Shown here: in pieces, positions 9,199 through 18,572 of the stretch | How positions within the stretch are numbered: position 1 is the first letter of the stretch | Layout: every line of letters begins with the position of its first letter | Assembly: GCA_016932165.1 (NCBI GenBank) | Contig: JAFGDK010000009.1 | Coordinates: 5,437-69,436, forward strand | Length of the DNA: 64,000 bases | Reading direction: 5' to 3' | From: Anaerolineales bacterium | GTDB lineage: Bacteria; Chloroflexota; Anaerolineae; Anaerolineales; UBA11579 | The notes under the pieces: generated by a model | Seen by the model: only the letters and a program-made list of their open reading frames with translations | Told to the model about the DNA's origin: nothing | Databases searched by the model: none | Program-made: the position numbers and the translations under genes

Positions 9199-11892
9199 AT
9201 GAATCAATATGAAACAGATGTTGCCCTAAAGGATGGTTCCCTTGTCCACATCCGGCCAGTGGTTACCACAGACCAACAATTGCTTCTTGACTTCATCCAG
9301 AATCTTAGCCCTGAAACTTACCAGCTGCGTTTCCCAAGAACGGTAATCTCCGATAATGCGCTCGGGCAGTTATTGCATGAGGACAATCGGTTTTGTTTGA
9401 TTGCACTTAGGGACGACAGAGTTATCGGGCATGCTTCCTATATGATCAGTGAAGTCAAAAAGGCAGATATCGGTTTGGTTGTGATGGATGAATACCAGGG
9501 AAAGGGTCTGGGAACAATTCTGCTTGGACAACTAATTCAGGCGGCAGCAGAAGAAGGCGTGGAATTGTTTGATACCCTTGTGCCCTCCGAGAATGCGCCG
9601 TTGCTTCGCGTGCTGCGTGGACTGGGGTTTCCCACCGAGCTTAAGATAGCCCAAGGGCTGATCCATGTTATATTCCCGGCATCCAACCTCCCAGAAGCGC
9701 TGGAACGTTTTGAAAAACGCGAAGCGGCATCTGCAGCAGCTGCCATGAAGAAGTTTTTTAATCCGCGCGGCATTGCGGTGATCGGCGCTTCACGAGACCG
9801 GGGCAGCATAAGCGGTGAGTTGTTTCATAATATTCTCGAGGCTGGCTTCCAGGGGCCTGTTTATCCTGTGAATGCCAAAACCGATGTGGTCCAATCTGTT
9901 GCGGCCTACCGCTCTGTTCTGGATTGCCCCGGAAAAGTTGATTTGGCTTTTATTGTTGTGCCAGCCCCCGCGGTACTTGCTGTCGCCAGAGAATGTGCTC
10001 AAAAAGGCGTGTCTGCTCTGGTGGTTATTTCGGCTGGCTTCTCTGAGGCGGGTGAGGCCGGTGTGGCGTTACAAGAAGAATTGGTGAGGATTTGCCGCGA
10101 GGCAGGTATGCGCCTGATCGGGCCGAATTGTATGGGGATCATCAATACGGATCCAGCGGTGAGCCTCAATGGTCAGTTTTCTCCTTTCGCTCCCATCGAG
10201 GGTAAAATTGGGTTCCTCTCCCAGTCAGGCGCGTTGGGGATTGCGGTGATCGAGTATGCCACCCGGTTGGGTCTGGGCATGTCCTCATTCGTCTCAGTGG
10301 GAAACAAAGCGGATATATCAGGTAACGACCTGGTTCAATATTGGGAGAGCGACCCCAATACTGATCTGATCCTGTTGTACCTGGAATCCTTTGGGAACCC
10401 GCGCAAATTTTCCCGGATTGCGCGTCAGGTCAGCCGTAAGAAACCGATCATCGCGGTAAAGGGCGGCCGCGGGGCCGCGGGGTTCCGTGCCACCCAATCC
10501 CATACTGGTGCTCTGGTAGCTTCTTCGGATATCAACGTTGATGCCCTCTTCCGTCAAGCCGGGGTTATTCGGACTGATGTGCTTGCTGAAATGTTTGATG
10601 TGGCTGCGTTCCTGACCACTCAGCCTGTACCAAAGGGGAATCGAGCCGCAATCATTACCAACGCGGGGGGAGCTGGGATTCTGGCAGCTGATGCCTGTGA
10701 AGACCTCGGGCTGCAGGTTCCTGAATTTACACCAGAAACACAGGAAGAACTAAAAACCTACCTGTCCCCAGCCGCAGGGGTGAAGAATCCGGTAGATATG
10801 GTCGCCTCTGCACAAGCGCTTGACTATGCGCGGGTGATCGAAATTGTTGCCCAAGATCCAAATGTGGATGCCTTGATTGTGATTTTCATCCCTCCAATGG
10901 CAGTGAGACCTGAGGAAGTGGCCGCTGAAATTCTCAATACTGCCAAAAAGCTGCAGAACAAAGTCCCGATACTCAGCACCTTTATGGCCAGCCATGGCGC
11001 CCAGGAAATTCTCTCAGATGGGGAGATCAGTATTCCTGCCTATCCTTTCCCCGAAGCAGCTGCCCGGGCTTTATCCAGCGCGGTTCAATATGGTCAATGG
11101 CTGCAAAGGGAGGATTGCTGCTATCCGAAATTCTCTGATATCCGGCAAGAGGATGCCATGGCGATTGTGGCACAATCTCTGAAAGATGGTGAACGCTGGT
11201 TGACCCAGAGGGAGACTGGAATGCTGCTGGATTGTTACGGTATTCCGCTTGTTGAGACTTTGTATGCATCAAGTCCGAAGGAAGCCGGCCTGGCTGCAGA
11301 GAAATTAGGTAGAGCAATTGCACTAAAAGCCACGGGCCCGGGCCTGGTGCATAAAACAGAGATCGGTGCCGTCCGGCTCGCACTGGTCGGGCGGGAAGAA
11401 ACTGAAATCGCGGCTGAAGAGATGTTGTCAGAGGTACAAAGCATGGGGATAACGGGTGTTGAGTTTATCCTCCAGCCTATGGTGTCTTCGGGCATAGAAA
11501 TGATCGTGGGGGTTACCCATGATCCGGTATTTGGACCGATCGTGGTCTGCGGCGCGGGCGGCACGATGGTCGAGCTGCTTAAGGATGTCGCTGTTCGGAT
11601 CACACCATTGACCGATCAGGATGCGGGTGAGATGGTGCGTTCGTTGAAGACCTTCCCGCTGCTGACAGGTTTTCGCGGGGAAGCTCATTATGATGTGGCT
11701 GCACTTGAGGAACTGATTCTTAGAATTAGCACGCTGGTTGAGGATATCCATGAGATCGCTGAATTGGATCTGAACCCGGTGATTGTGCTGCCTGAAGGAA
11801 ATGGCGTATCTTTGGTCGATGCCCGTATCCGCGTGGCAGAAGCGCTGCCTCCGCTTCCTTTTGGCGCAAAAAAACGTTCGTTTGGCAAATAG
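9199..11892 (+). CDS. GNAT N-acetyltransferase fused to ADP-forming acetyl-CoA synthetase (Pat-like, GNAT at N-terminus)
   Basis: N-terminal GNAT (QGKGLGTILL), CoA-binding domain, ligase-CoA domain with QSHTGAL, and a C-terminal ATP-grasp. 897 aa. Confidence 0.85.
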   Translation: MNQYETDVALKDGSLVHIRPVVTTDQQLLLDFIQNLSPETYQLRFPRTVISDNALGQLLHEDNRFCLIALRDDRVIGHASYMISEVKKADIGLVVMDEYQGKGLGTILLGQLIQAAAEEGVELFDTLVPSENAPLLRVLRGLGFPTELKIAQGLIHVIFPASNLPEALERFEKREAASAAAAMKKFFNPRGIAVIGASRDRGSISGELFHNILEAGFQGPVYPVNAKTDVVQSVAAYRSVLDCPGKVDLAFIVVPAPAVLAVARECAQKGVSALVVISAGFSEAGEAGVALQEELVRICREAGMRLIGPNCMGIINTDPAVSLNGQFSPFAPIEGKIGFLSQSGALGIAVIEYATRLGLGMSSFVSVGNKADISGNDLVQYWESDPNTDLILLYLESFGNPRKFSRIARQVSRKKPIIAVKGGRGAAGFRATQSHTGALVASSDINVDALFRQAGVIRTDVLAEMFDVAAFLTTQPVPKGNRAAIITNAGGAGILAADACEDLGLQVPEFTPETQEELKTYLSPAAGVKNPVDMVASAQALDYARVIEIVAQDPNVDALIVIFIPPMAVRPEEVAAEILNTAKKLQNKVPILSTFMASHGAQEILSDGEISIPAYPFPEAAARALSSAVQYGQWLQREDCCYPKFSDIRQEDAMAIVAQSLKDGERWLTQRETGMLLDCYGIPLVETLYASSPKEAGLAAEKLGRAIALKATGPGLVHKTEIGAVRLALVGREETEIAAEEMLSEVQSMGITGVEFILQPMVSSGIEMIVGVTHDPVFGPIVVCGAGGTMVELLKDVAVRITPLTDQDAGEMVRSLKTFPLLTGFRGEAHYDVAALEELILRISTLVEDIHEIAELDLNPVIVLPEGNGVSLVDARIRVAEALPPLPFGAKKRSFGK

Positions 11893-11903
11893 GAGTTTTT
11901 TAG

Positions 11904-12101
11904 ATGTGTATGGTTGCAGTTTATCTAGATGAAGAGAAGATTTTGGAGAATGTCATGTTGGTGGAACCGACCCCAGAGGGTGTGCGGCTGGTGGCGATGT
12001 TCGAGCCAACCCAGATCGTTCCAGCGGTGATTCGGCAGATCGATTTGATGGAAAATAAAATCCACTTGACGCATATTGATAAAGGAGCAGACCAGCAATG
12101 A
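11904..12101 (+). CDS. cooT: CooT-family nickel-binding protein
   Basis: 65 aa starting MCM... (Cys2). The pattern of beta-strand residues resembles Rhodospirillum CooT from memory. AGGAG lies 8 nt upstream. Confidence 0.7.
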   Translation: MCMVAVYLDEEKILENVMLVEPTPEGVRLVAMFEPTQIVPAVIRQIDLMENKIHLTHIDKGADQQ

Positions 12102-12334
12102 ACGAGACCGATAAACTCAGGGTACTCATCCCTCATTGGATTGAGCACAATCACGAACATGCCGAGGAGTTCAGCCAGTGGGCTGAAAAGGCGGCAAATG
12201 CATCTGGAGATCTGCTGGCTGCGGTTGAAGCCATCAAAGCTGCCAATCAAGCGCTTGCTGCCGGGCTGGAAAAATTAGGTGGAGGTCTTCCTCATCAGCA
12301 TCAGCATCACCATCATCATCATGATGATGATTAA
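12098..12334 (+). CDS. small helical protein with poly-His/Asp C-terminal tail (CooJ-like metal chaperone candidate)
   Basis: 78 aa ending HQHQHHHHHHDDD, with HWIEHNHEH near the N-terminus. Its start overlaps the cooT stop (ATGA), implying translational coupling. Confidence 0.55.
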   Translation: MNETDKLRVLIPHWIEHNHEHAEEFSQWAEKAANASGDLLAAVEAIKAANQALAAGLEKLGGGLPHQHQHHHHHHDDD

Positions 12335-12625
12335 ACATACCATCTTTTCCAGCGCAAAAAGAATCTAATCTAGAAAATTCTCTTGAAGGAATGCAACCAG
12401 TAAGTGACCATCGAGGACACATTCTGGCTGATTAAGGTCTCAAGGATGAATCCAGATCAATTTCTTCAGGAACCCGGTTGCAATTGTTTAGACAATTTTC
12501 TTGCTAAATTTGTTTTGTGCTAAAATGTGATTGTTGGATCGGCGGTCGCAGTGGACAATATTGAGTGTACTGCGGCGTGGGATGTAGATCCCGCGAAAAG
12601 TGCCGCTCTATCCTTCCGCCGACCC

Positions 12626-13513
12626 ATGAAAATTTGCCAGAGTTTCCATTATTCAAATAGTATAGATGATGCCCTCGCTGCCATGCGCCAGGCGCGGGGA
12701 GCGTTTGCCGTCCTTGCAGGTGGCACAGACTTGCTGTTGGATATCCAGCAGGGGAGACATCCCGTTGTGGATACCCTGGTGGATGTCAGTAACATCCCGG
12801 AACTGAGCACAATTGAAGTGTATCAGGACCACATCTATCTTGGAGCTGGGGTAACCCACAAACAGATCATCAGCAGCCAATTACTTCTGGAAAACGCCCA
12901 ATGCGTGGTGGAAGGCTGCGGTCTGATCGGAGGCCCCCAGGTACGCAATGTTGCTACGATCGGGGGGAATGTATCCCATGCGCTCCCGGCGGGTGACGGC
13001 ACAATCTCACTGCTGGCGCTCGATACCCAGGTGGAAATCGCCTCCATTGGGGGACGCCGCTGGGAACCGCTATTGGAGATATTCGCCGGACCGGGGAAAG
13101 TGACTTTCGATCGCCAACAAGAACTGGTCACCCGTTTCCGGTTTAACAAGCGCTTGGAACGGGAAGGTTCTACCTTTCACCGGGTGATGAGGCCGCAGGG
13201 GGTCGCCATCGCAATTCTCAACATGTCTGGTTGGGTGAAGCTGGATGACAGCGAACACCTGGCCGACGTGCGCATTGCCTGTGGCCCGGCTGGCCCGAAA
13301 CCATTCAGGGGATTTGAAACAGAATCCTTTCTGAGAGGGAAATGTCTTGATGAAACGATTCTGATGGAAGCTGCCCGGGTTTTGGATGCGGAAGTCAATC
13401 TGCGCACCAGCAAACACAGGGCGACCAAAGACTACCGCCACAGCCTGCTGCCAGTTTTATTGAAACAAGTGCTCCTATTAGCGGTCTCAAGAGCAAAAGA
13501 AAATAGGGAATAG
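12626..13513 (+). CDS. molybdenum hydroxylase FAD-binding (medium) subunit, XdhB/CoxM-like
   Basis: FAD-binding PCMH-type domain (LAGGTDLLLD, ATIGGN). The ATG at 12626 gives a typical N-terminus. The track's GTG at 12527 adds 33 atypical residues. Confidence 0.85.
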   Translation: MKICQSFHYSNSIDDALAAMRQARGAFAVLAGGTDLLLDIQQGRHPVVDTLVDVSNIPELSTIEVYQDHIYLGAGVTHKQIISSQLLLENAQCVVEGCGLIGGPQVRNVATIGGNVSHALPAGDGTISLLALDTQVEIASIGGRRWEPLLEIFAGPGKVTFDRQQELVTRFRFNKRLEREGSTFHRVMRPQGVAIAILNMSGWVKLDDSEHLADVRIACGPAGPKPFRGFETESFLRGKCLDETILMEAARVLDAEVNLRTSKHRATKDYRHSLLPVLLKQVLLLAVSRAKENRE

Positions 13514-13522
13514 GTGCACACG

Positions 13523-16303
13523 ATGACCAAGTTAACCTTTATTGTCAATGGAGAACACAAACAGGTTGAGATTGAACCTGGTGAGATGCTGGCGGAGGTG
13601 CTGCGCAAGCGTCTGGGATTGACGGGTACCAAGATCAGCTGTGATGAACTGGAATGCGGGGTGTGCACTGTGCTGGTTGATGATTTGCCAGTTTTGTCAT
13701 GCAATTATCCAGCAATCAAAGCGAATGGTAAGCATGTCACCACAATCGAGGGGCTGGCATCTGATGGGAACCTGCACCCACTTCAAGAGGCTTTTGTCAA
13801 AAAAGGGGCAACCCAATGCGGTTTTTGCACACCCGGTCAGATCATGACAGCCGCGGCGCTGCTCAAGGAGCATCCAGATCCCACAATTGACGATATTGAA
13901 TACGCCTTGAATGACACCCTTTGCCGATGCGGGGCCTATCCGGCGATTGTGGATGCAATTCGGGCGGCATCTGACAAGATCAACCACGGTACGCCAATTG
14001 AATATCCCCAATATGAGTTTGAGGGCGGTCACAAAGTTATCGGCCAGGTGGTAAAGCGGCCTGAAGCGGTTGACAAAGTGACAGGTGCGGCAATCTATAC
14101 AGATGACATCAGCTTCCCGGATATGTTGATCGGGGCTACCCTGCGGGCCGGGATTCCGCATGGACGGGTAACCAGGCTGGATACCACCGCGGCCGAAAAG
14201 CTGCCCGGTGTGCACGCTGTTCTGACCGCGGCGGATATCCCAGGCCGGGTCAATCATGGTTTGGTGATCCAAGACTGGCCGGCGCTGGTTGGGGTGGGCG
14301 AAAAGGTTCGTTATGTCGGCGATGCCATCGCCATCGTTGCCGCTGATACTGAAGATATCGCCAGGCAGGCGCTTGACCTGATCGAAGTGGAGTTTGAGCA
14401 GCTGCCGGTTGTTACAGACCCGGTGGAGGCCAAACTTGACGGCGCTCCTCTGGTTCATCAGGAAGGCAATTTACTAAAGCATATCAAAGTGGACAAAGGG
14501 GATATTGCCGCTGGATTTGAGCAAGCTGACGTGATCATGGAAGACATCTATACCATGCCCACCTATGAACATGCCTTCATGGAGCCGGAGTGCAGCGTAG
14601 CCCGGGTGACGGAGGATGGCAGAATTGAACTGTGGGTCGGTTCGCAGATCCCTTACGCAGACCGTGAACAGGTGGCGGCTGCTTTGGATTTGCAGCCGCA
14701 AGAGGTGCGGGTGCGCAGCCCATTGACCGGCGGCGGTTTTGGCGGGAAAGAAGATATCGCCGGTCAGATCCACGCGGCCATGCTTGCCAGGTCAACTGGC
14801 AGACCGGTGAAGATTTTGTACAGCCGGCACGAGAGCCTGCTGGTCCATCCAAAACGCCACGCCACCAGAATCAAGGTGACCCTGGGTTTGAAGAAAGACG
14901 GCAGATTGACAGCCGCGCAGACTGAATTGTTTGGTGATACCGGCGCTTATGCTTCCTTGGGCACCAAGGTGATGGGCCGGGCGACAACCCATTCCACTGG
15001 ACCGTATATCGTTCCAAATGTAAAGATTGACTGTTACGCTATGTATACCAATAATCCCCCGGCAGGGGCCTTCCGAGGGTTTGGAGCCTTGCAGGCCTGC
15101 CATGCGATCGAATGCATGATGGATCAAGCCGCAGAGAGGCTGGGGCTGGACCCGGTAGAATTCAGGCGGATGAATGCTTTGCGTGAAAACTCGATCACCA
15201 ACACCGGCCAGCACCTGACTGAGAGCGTGGGCTTACTGGAGTGCATTGATCGGGTTGAAGCTGAGATGTTGCAATCCACTAATGGGGCCGCCCCGTTTGC
15301 TGCCAGAGAAGTGAAGGGACAACCCAATAAACGCCGGGCTTGGGGCTTTGCGGTGGCCTTCAAGAATACCGGGCTGGGTGAAGGCGCGCCCGATAAAGCT
15401 ACCGCTGAAGTTGAATTGTTAGACGGAGGTATTGCTGAGGCGCGGATTTCCTCTGCTGAGATCGGCCAAGGGTTGGTGACTGTGCTGCAAATGATCACCT
15501 CTCAAGAATTGGGCCTGCCCCTAGACCAGGTTCGGGTGCTGCTCTCGGATACAGACCTGACCCCTGACGGCGGACCGACGACTGGCTCCCGGCAGACCTA
15601 TATCTCCGGGAATGCGGTCCGGCATGCGGCCAACTCTCTGCGGGAGCAAATGGCAGCTACACTGGCTGAAAAGTTCGATGTGCCTCCTGATGAAATTAAA
15701 TTTATCGAAGGTCTGGCCCAGGTGAGAGAGGAAATGGTACCGGTTACAGATGTGGTTGCGCTGATGAAGCAGGAGGGGAAAGAGCCAAAGGTTGTGTATG
15801 AATACTGGGCGCCAAAGACCTTCCCGTTGGGTGAAGAGGGAGACAAACACTTTGCCTATTCCTTCGCCGCACAGGCAACCGAGATCGAACTGGACCTGGA
15901 TACCGGGGAGGTGGCAGTGATCCGCACGATTGGGGCCACAGACGTTGGCAAAGTGATCAATCCGCTTGGCTTCCAGGGTCAGGTGGAAGGCGGAACTATC
16001 ATGGGGATCGGCCATGCGCTGACAGAGGAATTCATTATTGAGGATGGCATCATTTTCACAGATTACCTGGCCCGATACCGGATGCCCTCTATTCACCATA
16101 CACCCCGAGAGATCAAGGTGATTGCGGTGGAACACCCGACTAGTGAAGGGCCGTATGGCGGGAAGGGGGTGGGGGAGATCTCAACCATGCCGGTGCCGCC
16201 TTCGATTGTGAATGCCATCTACAACGCCTGCGGAATTCGAATAAAAACTTTGCCGATCGATCAGGATTGGCTTGCATTAGAATTGAGGAAGAAAGCAAAA
16301 TAA
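13523..16303 (+). CDS. molybdenum hydroxylase, fused [2Fe-2S] small subunit and molybdopterin-binding large subunit (xanthine dehydrogenase family)
   Basis: Two 2Fe-2S motifs (CDELECGVCTV; QCGFCTPG...CRCGAY) followed by aldehyde-oxidase/XDH hammerhead and MoCo domains with a GAFRGFG loop. The ATG at 13523 has AGGTG upstream. Confidence 0.9.
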   Translation: MTKLTFIVNGEHKQVEIEPGEMLAEVLRKRLGLTGTKISCDELECGVCTVLVDDLPVLSCNYPAIKANGKHVTTIEGLASDGNLHPLQEAFVKKGATQCGFCTPGQIMTAAALLKEHPDPTIDDIEYALNDTLCRCGAYPAIVDAIRAASDKINHGTPIEYPQYEFEGGHKVIGQVVKRPEAVDKVTGAAIYTDDISFPDMLIGATLRAGIPHGRVTRLDTTAAEKLPGVHAVLTAADIPGRVNHGLVIQDWPALVGVGEKVRYVGDAIAIVAADTEDIARQALDLIEVEFEQLPVVTDPVEAKLDGAPLVHQEGNLLKHIKVDKGDIAAGFEQADVIMEDIYTMPTYEHAFMEPECSVARVTEDGRIELWVGSQIPYADREQVAAALDLQPQEVRVRSPLTGGGFGGKEDIAGQIHAAMLARSTGRPVKILYSRHESLLVHPKRHATRIKVTLGLKKDGRLTAAQTELFGDTGAYASLGTKVMGRATTHSTGPYIVPNVKIDCYAMYTNNPPAGAFRGFGALQACHAIECMMDQAAERLGLDPVEFRRMNALRENSITNTGQHLTESVGLLECIDRVEAEMLQSTNGAAPFAAREVKGQPNKRRAWGFAVAFKNTGLGEGAPDKATAEVELLDGGIAEARISSAEIGQGLVTVLQMITSQELGLPLDQVRVLLSDTDLTPDGGPTTGSRQTYISGNAVRHAANSLREQMAATLAEKFDVPPDEIKFIEGLAQVREEMVPVTDVVALMKQEGKEPKVVYEYWAPKTFPLGEEGDKHFAYSFAAQATEIELDLDTGEVAVIRTIGATDVGKVINPLGFQGQVEGGTIMGIGHALTEEFIIEDGIIFTDYLARYRMPSIHHTPREIKVIAVEHPTSEGPYGGKGVGEISTMPVPPSIVNAIYNACGIRIKTLPIDQDWLALELRKKAK

Positions 16304-16399
16304 TCCGCGAAGATATGCTCACCAGTGTTCTTCGTTCTAGATAAAGCGATCTGGGTAAGCAGTAGAACCACATCAAAATAGCACAAGGAAGGTCTATCG

Positions 16400-17563
16400 A
16401 TGAATAGAAAGCGCCAATCTGAGGTGGTATCAAAGCTAATGGATGCGTTGCTCCCTGTCTTTGCGGTGCTGGCTGCGCTGGCAATCGGGGCTGTGATGCT
16501 GATCATTTTGGGGGCAAATCCGATCGAGGCATTTGGCGCTTTGCTGGAAGGGGCTTTTGGCAGCGCCAATGCCCTCGCCGATACGGTGGTGAAAGCCACA
16601 CCTCTCCTGTTGATCGGCCTGGGCATCTGCATTTCATTCAGGGGCAATGTGATCAATATCGGCGGTGAGGGGCAGATGATCATCGGGGCGCTGATGGCGA
16701 CAGCCCTGGGGCTGGCATTCCCGGAGTGGCCGGGTTTGTTGATGATCACATTGGCGATGGTTGTAGGTTTCCTGGGCGGGGCAGTCTGGGGAGGGATTCC
16801 GGGCGCGCTGAAGGCATATTTTGGGGTTAACGAAATCTTGAGCACGATCATGATGAATGCCATCGCGGTCCAGCTGATGAATTTCCTGCTGGCCGGCCCG
16901 ATGATCGATCCGGTACAGGCTGGAAAAGCTTCTAAAATTCCACAGACGGCCAGATTATCCAATGCATTTGACCTGCCCCGCTTGATACCGACGCGGCTGC
17001 ATCTTGGGGCTTTGATCGCTGTGATTCTGGCGGTGGTGGTGTATATCCTGTTATGGCGCACAACCCTGGGGTACCGGATCAGGGCGGTAGGCCAAAACCA
17101 GGATGCGTCACGCTACGCCGGAATTGATGTCAAGCGGCAGGTGGTGCTGGCGCTGCTCCTCAGCGGGGCGTTTGCCGGTCTGGCCGGGGCAATCCAGGTG
17201 TTCGGCGTTAATCACAGGATGATTACCGATGGTTCTGCTACCGGGTTCACTGGCAGTGCAGGGTTCAATGGGATTGTGGCGGCTTTGTTTGGCCAGCTGC
17301 ATCCCCTGGGGACCATTCCAGCGTCATTTCTATTCGGTGCGCTCCTGGTGGGGGCCAATAAATTGCAGCGCGTGGTGCAGGTGCCCTCTGCTGTGATCAC
17401 CGCGCTGAATGGCTTGGTGGTGATCTTTGTGGTCAGCAGCGAGATTTGGCGCCGCCGGCGTGAGACCAAACGACGGACGGAGGCAACATTTGAGATGGAA
17501 ATTGAAGAACTCCACCCACCGCCTGCGCAAGACCTTACGGCCAATGAGGAGGGCGTATCATGA
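16400..17563 (+). CDS. ABC transporter permease (BMP/nucleoside-type)
   Basis: Polytopic membrane protein of the simple-sugar/nucleoside permease type. Overlaps the next permease by 4 nt. Confidence 0.85.
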   Translation: MNRKRQSEVVSKLMDALLPVFAVLAALAIGAVMLIILGANPIEAFGALLEGAFGSANALADTVVKATPLLLIGLGICISFRGNVINIGGEGQMIIGALMATALGLAFPEWPGLLMITLAMVVGFLGGAVWGGIPGALKAYFGVNEILSTIMMNAIAVQLMNFLLAGPMIDPVQAGKASKIPQTARLSNAFDLPRLIPTRLHLGALIAVILAVVVYILLWRTTLGYRIRAVGQNQDASRYAGIDVKRQVVLALLLSGAFAGLAGAIQVFGVNHRMITDGSATGFTGSAGFNGIVAALFGQLHPLGTIPASFLFGALLVGANKLQRVVQVPSAVITALNGLVVIFVVSSEIWRRRRETKRRTEATFEMEIEELHPPPAQDLTANEEGVS

Positions 17564-18492
17564 TTGGGAATTTATTTACAGAGGCGGTATTGGTTGGGAT
17601 TCTGGCTTCGGGCATCCGTCTGGCAACACCTTATCTCTATGCTGCAATTGGAGAAACTTTCAGCCAGCGCAGCGGGGTATTGAACCTGGGCGTGGAAGGA
17701 CAGATGCTGATCGGCGCTTTTGCGGCATTTTTTGTCTCCTTTACCACAGGCAGCCTGTGGTTGGGGCTGTTGGCGGCAATTATCTCCGGCCTCTTGATGG
17801 GTCTGGCGATGGCGTTTGTGAGCATTAACCTGCAGGCCGAACAGGGGATCAGCGGGATCGGATTCTATTTGTTTGGGCTGGGTCTCAGCGACCTGTTGTT
17901 TCAAAAGATGCTTGGTACCGTGGAAACAGTCAGCGGTTTTCGCCCGATCTACATCCCCTACCTGAGCGATATTCCCATCATTGGAGATATCTTTTTCAAC
18001 CAGAATATTCTGGTTTATGGGGCTTACCTGCTGGTAGTAGCGGCATGGTTCGTGCTGAACAAAACCACGATTGGATTGAAGATCAAAGCGGTGGGCGAGT
18101 CGCCAGAGGCTGCAGATTCCCTGGGTGTGAGCGTGGCCAGGGTGCGCTATTTCACGGTTATCCTGGGCGGAGGGCTATCAGGGCTGGCTGGCGCTTCGCT
18201 ATCAATTGCACTGCTGAATGTTTTCCAGCAGAATATGACCAGCGGATTGGGGTTCATTGCAGTCGCCCTGGTTTATTTTGGCGGGTGGCGTCCTTTCGCC
18301 GTGATGGGCGGGGCGCTGCTGTTCTCGATGGTGAACTCGCTGCAGTTGTGGGTGCAGGTGCTCAATATCCCCATTCCATCAGATTTTGCTGTGATGATGC
18401 CCTATGTGCTCACGATTATTGCATTGGTTATTACAGTTCAAAGAGTTAGACCGCCCTCTGCTTTAACCAAGCCATTTGAGCGCGGTCACTAA
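17560..18492 (+). CDS. ABC transporter permease (BMP/nucleoside-type)
   Basis: Second polytopic permease. Start overlaps the stop of the upstream gene (ATGA). Confidence 0.85.
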   Translation: MIGNLFTEAVLVGILASGIRLATPYLYAAIGETFSQRSGVLNLGVEGQMLIGAFAAFFVSFTTGSLWLGLLAAIISGLLMGLAMAFVSINLQAEQGISGIGFYLFGLGLSDLLFQKMLGTVETVSGFRPIYIPYLSDIPIIGDIFFNQNILVYGAYLLVVAAWFVLNKTTIGLKIKAVGESPEAADSLGVSVARVRYFTVILGGGLSGLAGASLSIALLNVFQQNMTSGLGFIAVALVYFGGWRPFAVMGGALLFSMVNSLQLWVQVLNIPIPSDFAVMMPYVLTIIALVITVQRVRPPSALTKPFERGH

Positions 18493-18572
18493 TAAAAGGA
18501 GGTGCTGCTCAAAAATTGATATGTGGATCAAGTGGTTTGAAACTTATAAAATTCTAAGGAGAAGAAAGAAAG

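Noticed and set aside
12335-12625. Moco or purine riboswitch upstream of the molybdenum hydroxylase operon
   Set aside because: I could not recognise the guanine/adenine riboswitch core (…UAUAAU…GGAUAUGGC…CUACCGGG…CCGUAAA…) or a Moco-motif consensus. Only an Infernal scan could settle this. No claim is made.
12527-12625. GTG-initiated 33-codon N-terminal extension of the FAD subunit used by the ORF track
   Set aside because: The extension (MIVGSAVAVDNIECTAAWDVDPAKSA...) has no counterpart in typical FAD subunits. Those begin close to the ...F.Y..P.S..EA... segment found right after the ATG at 12626.
13523-16303. Aerobic CO dehydrogenase (CoxL) assignment, prompted by the neighbouring CooT/CooC-like genes
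   Set aside because: The active-site loop is GAFRGFG rather than AYxCSFR (form I) or AYRGAGR (form II). CooC/T/J also serve the unrelated Ni,Fe-CODH, not Mo-Cu CODH.
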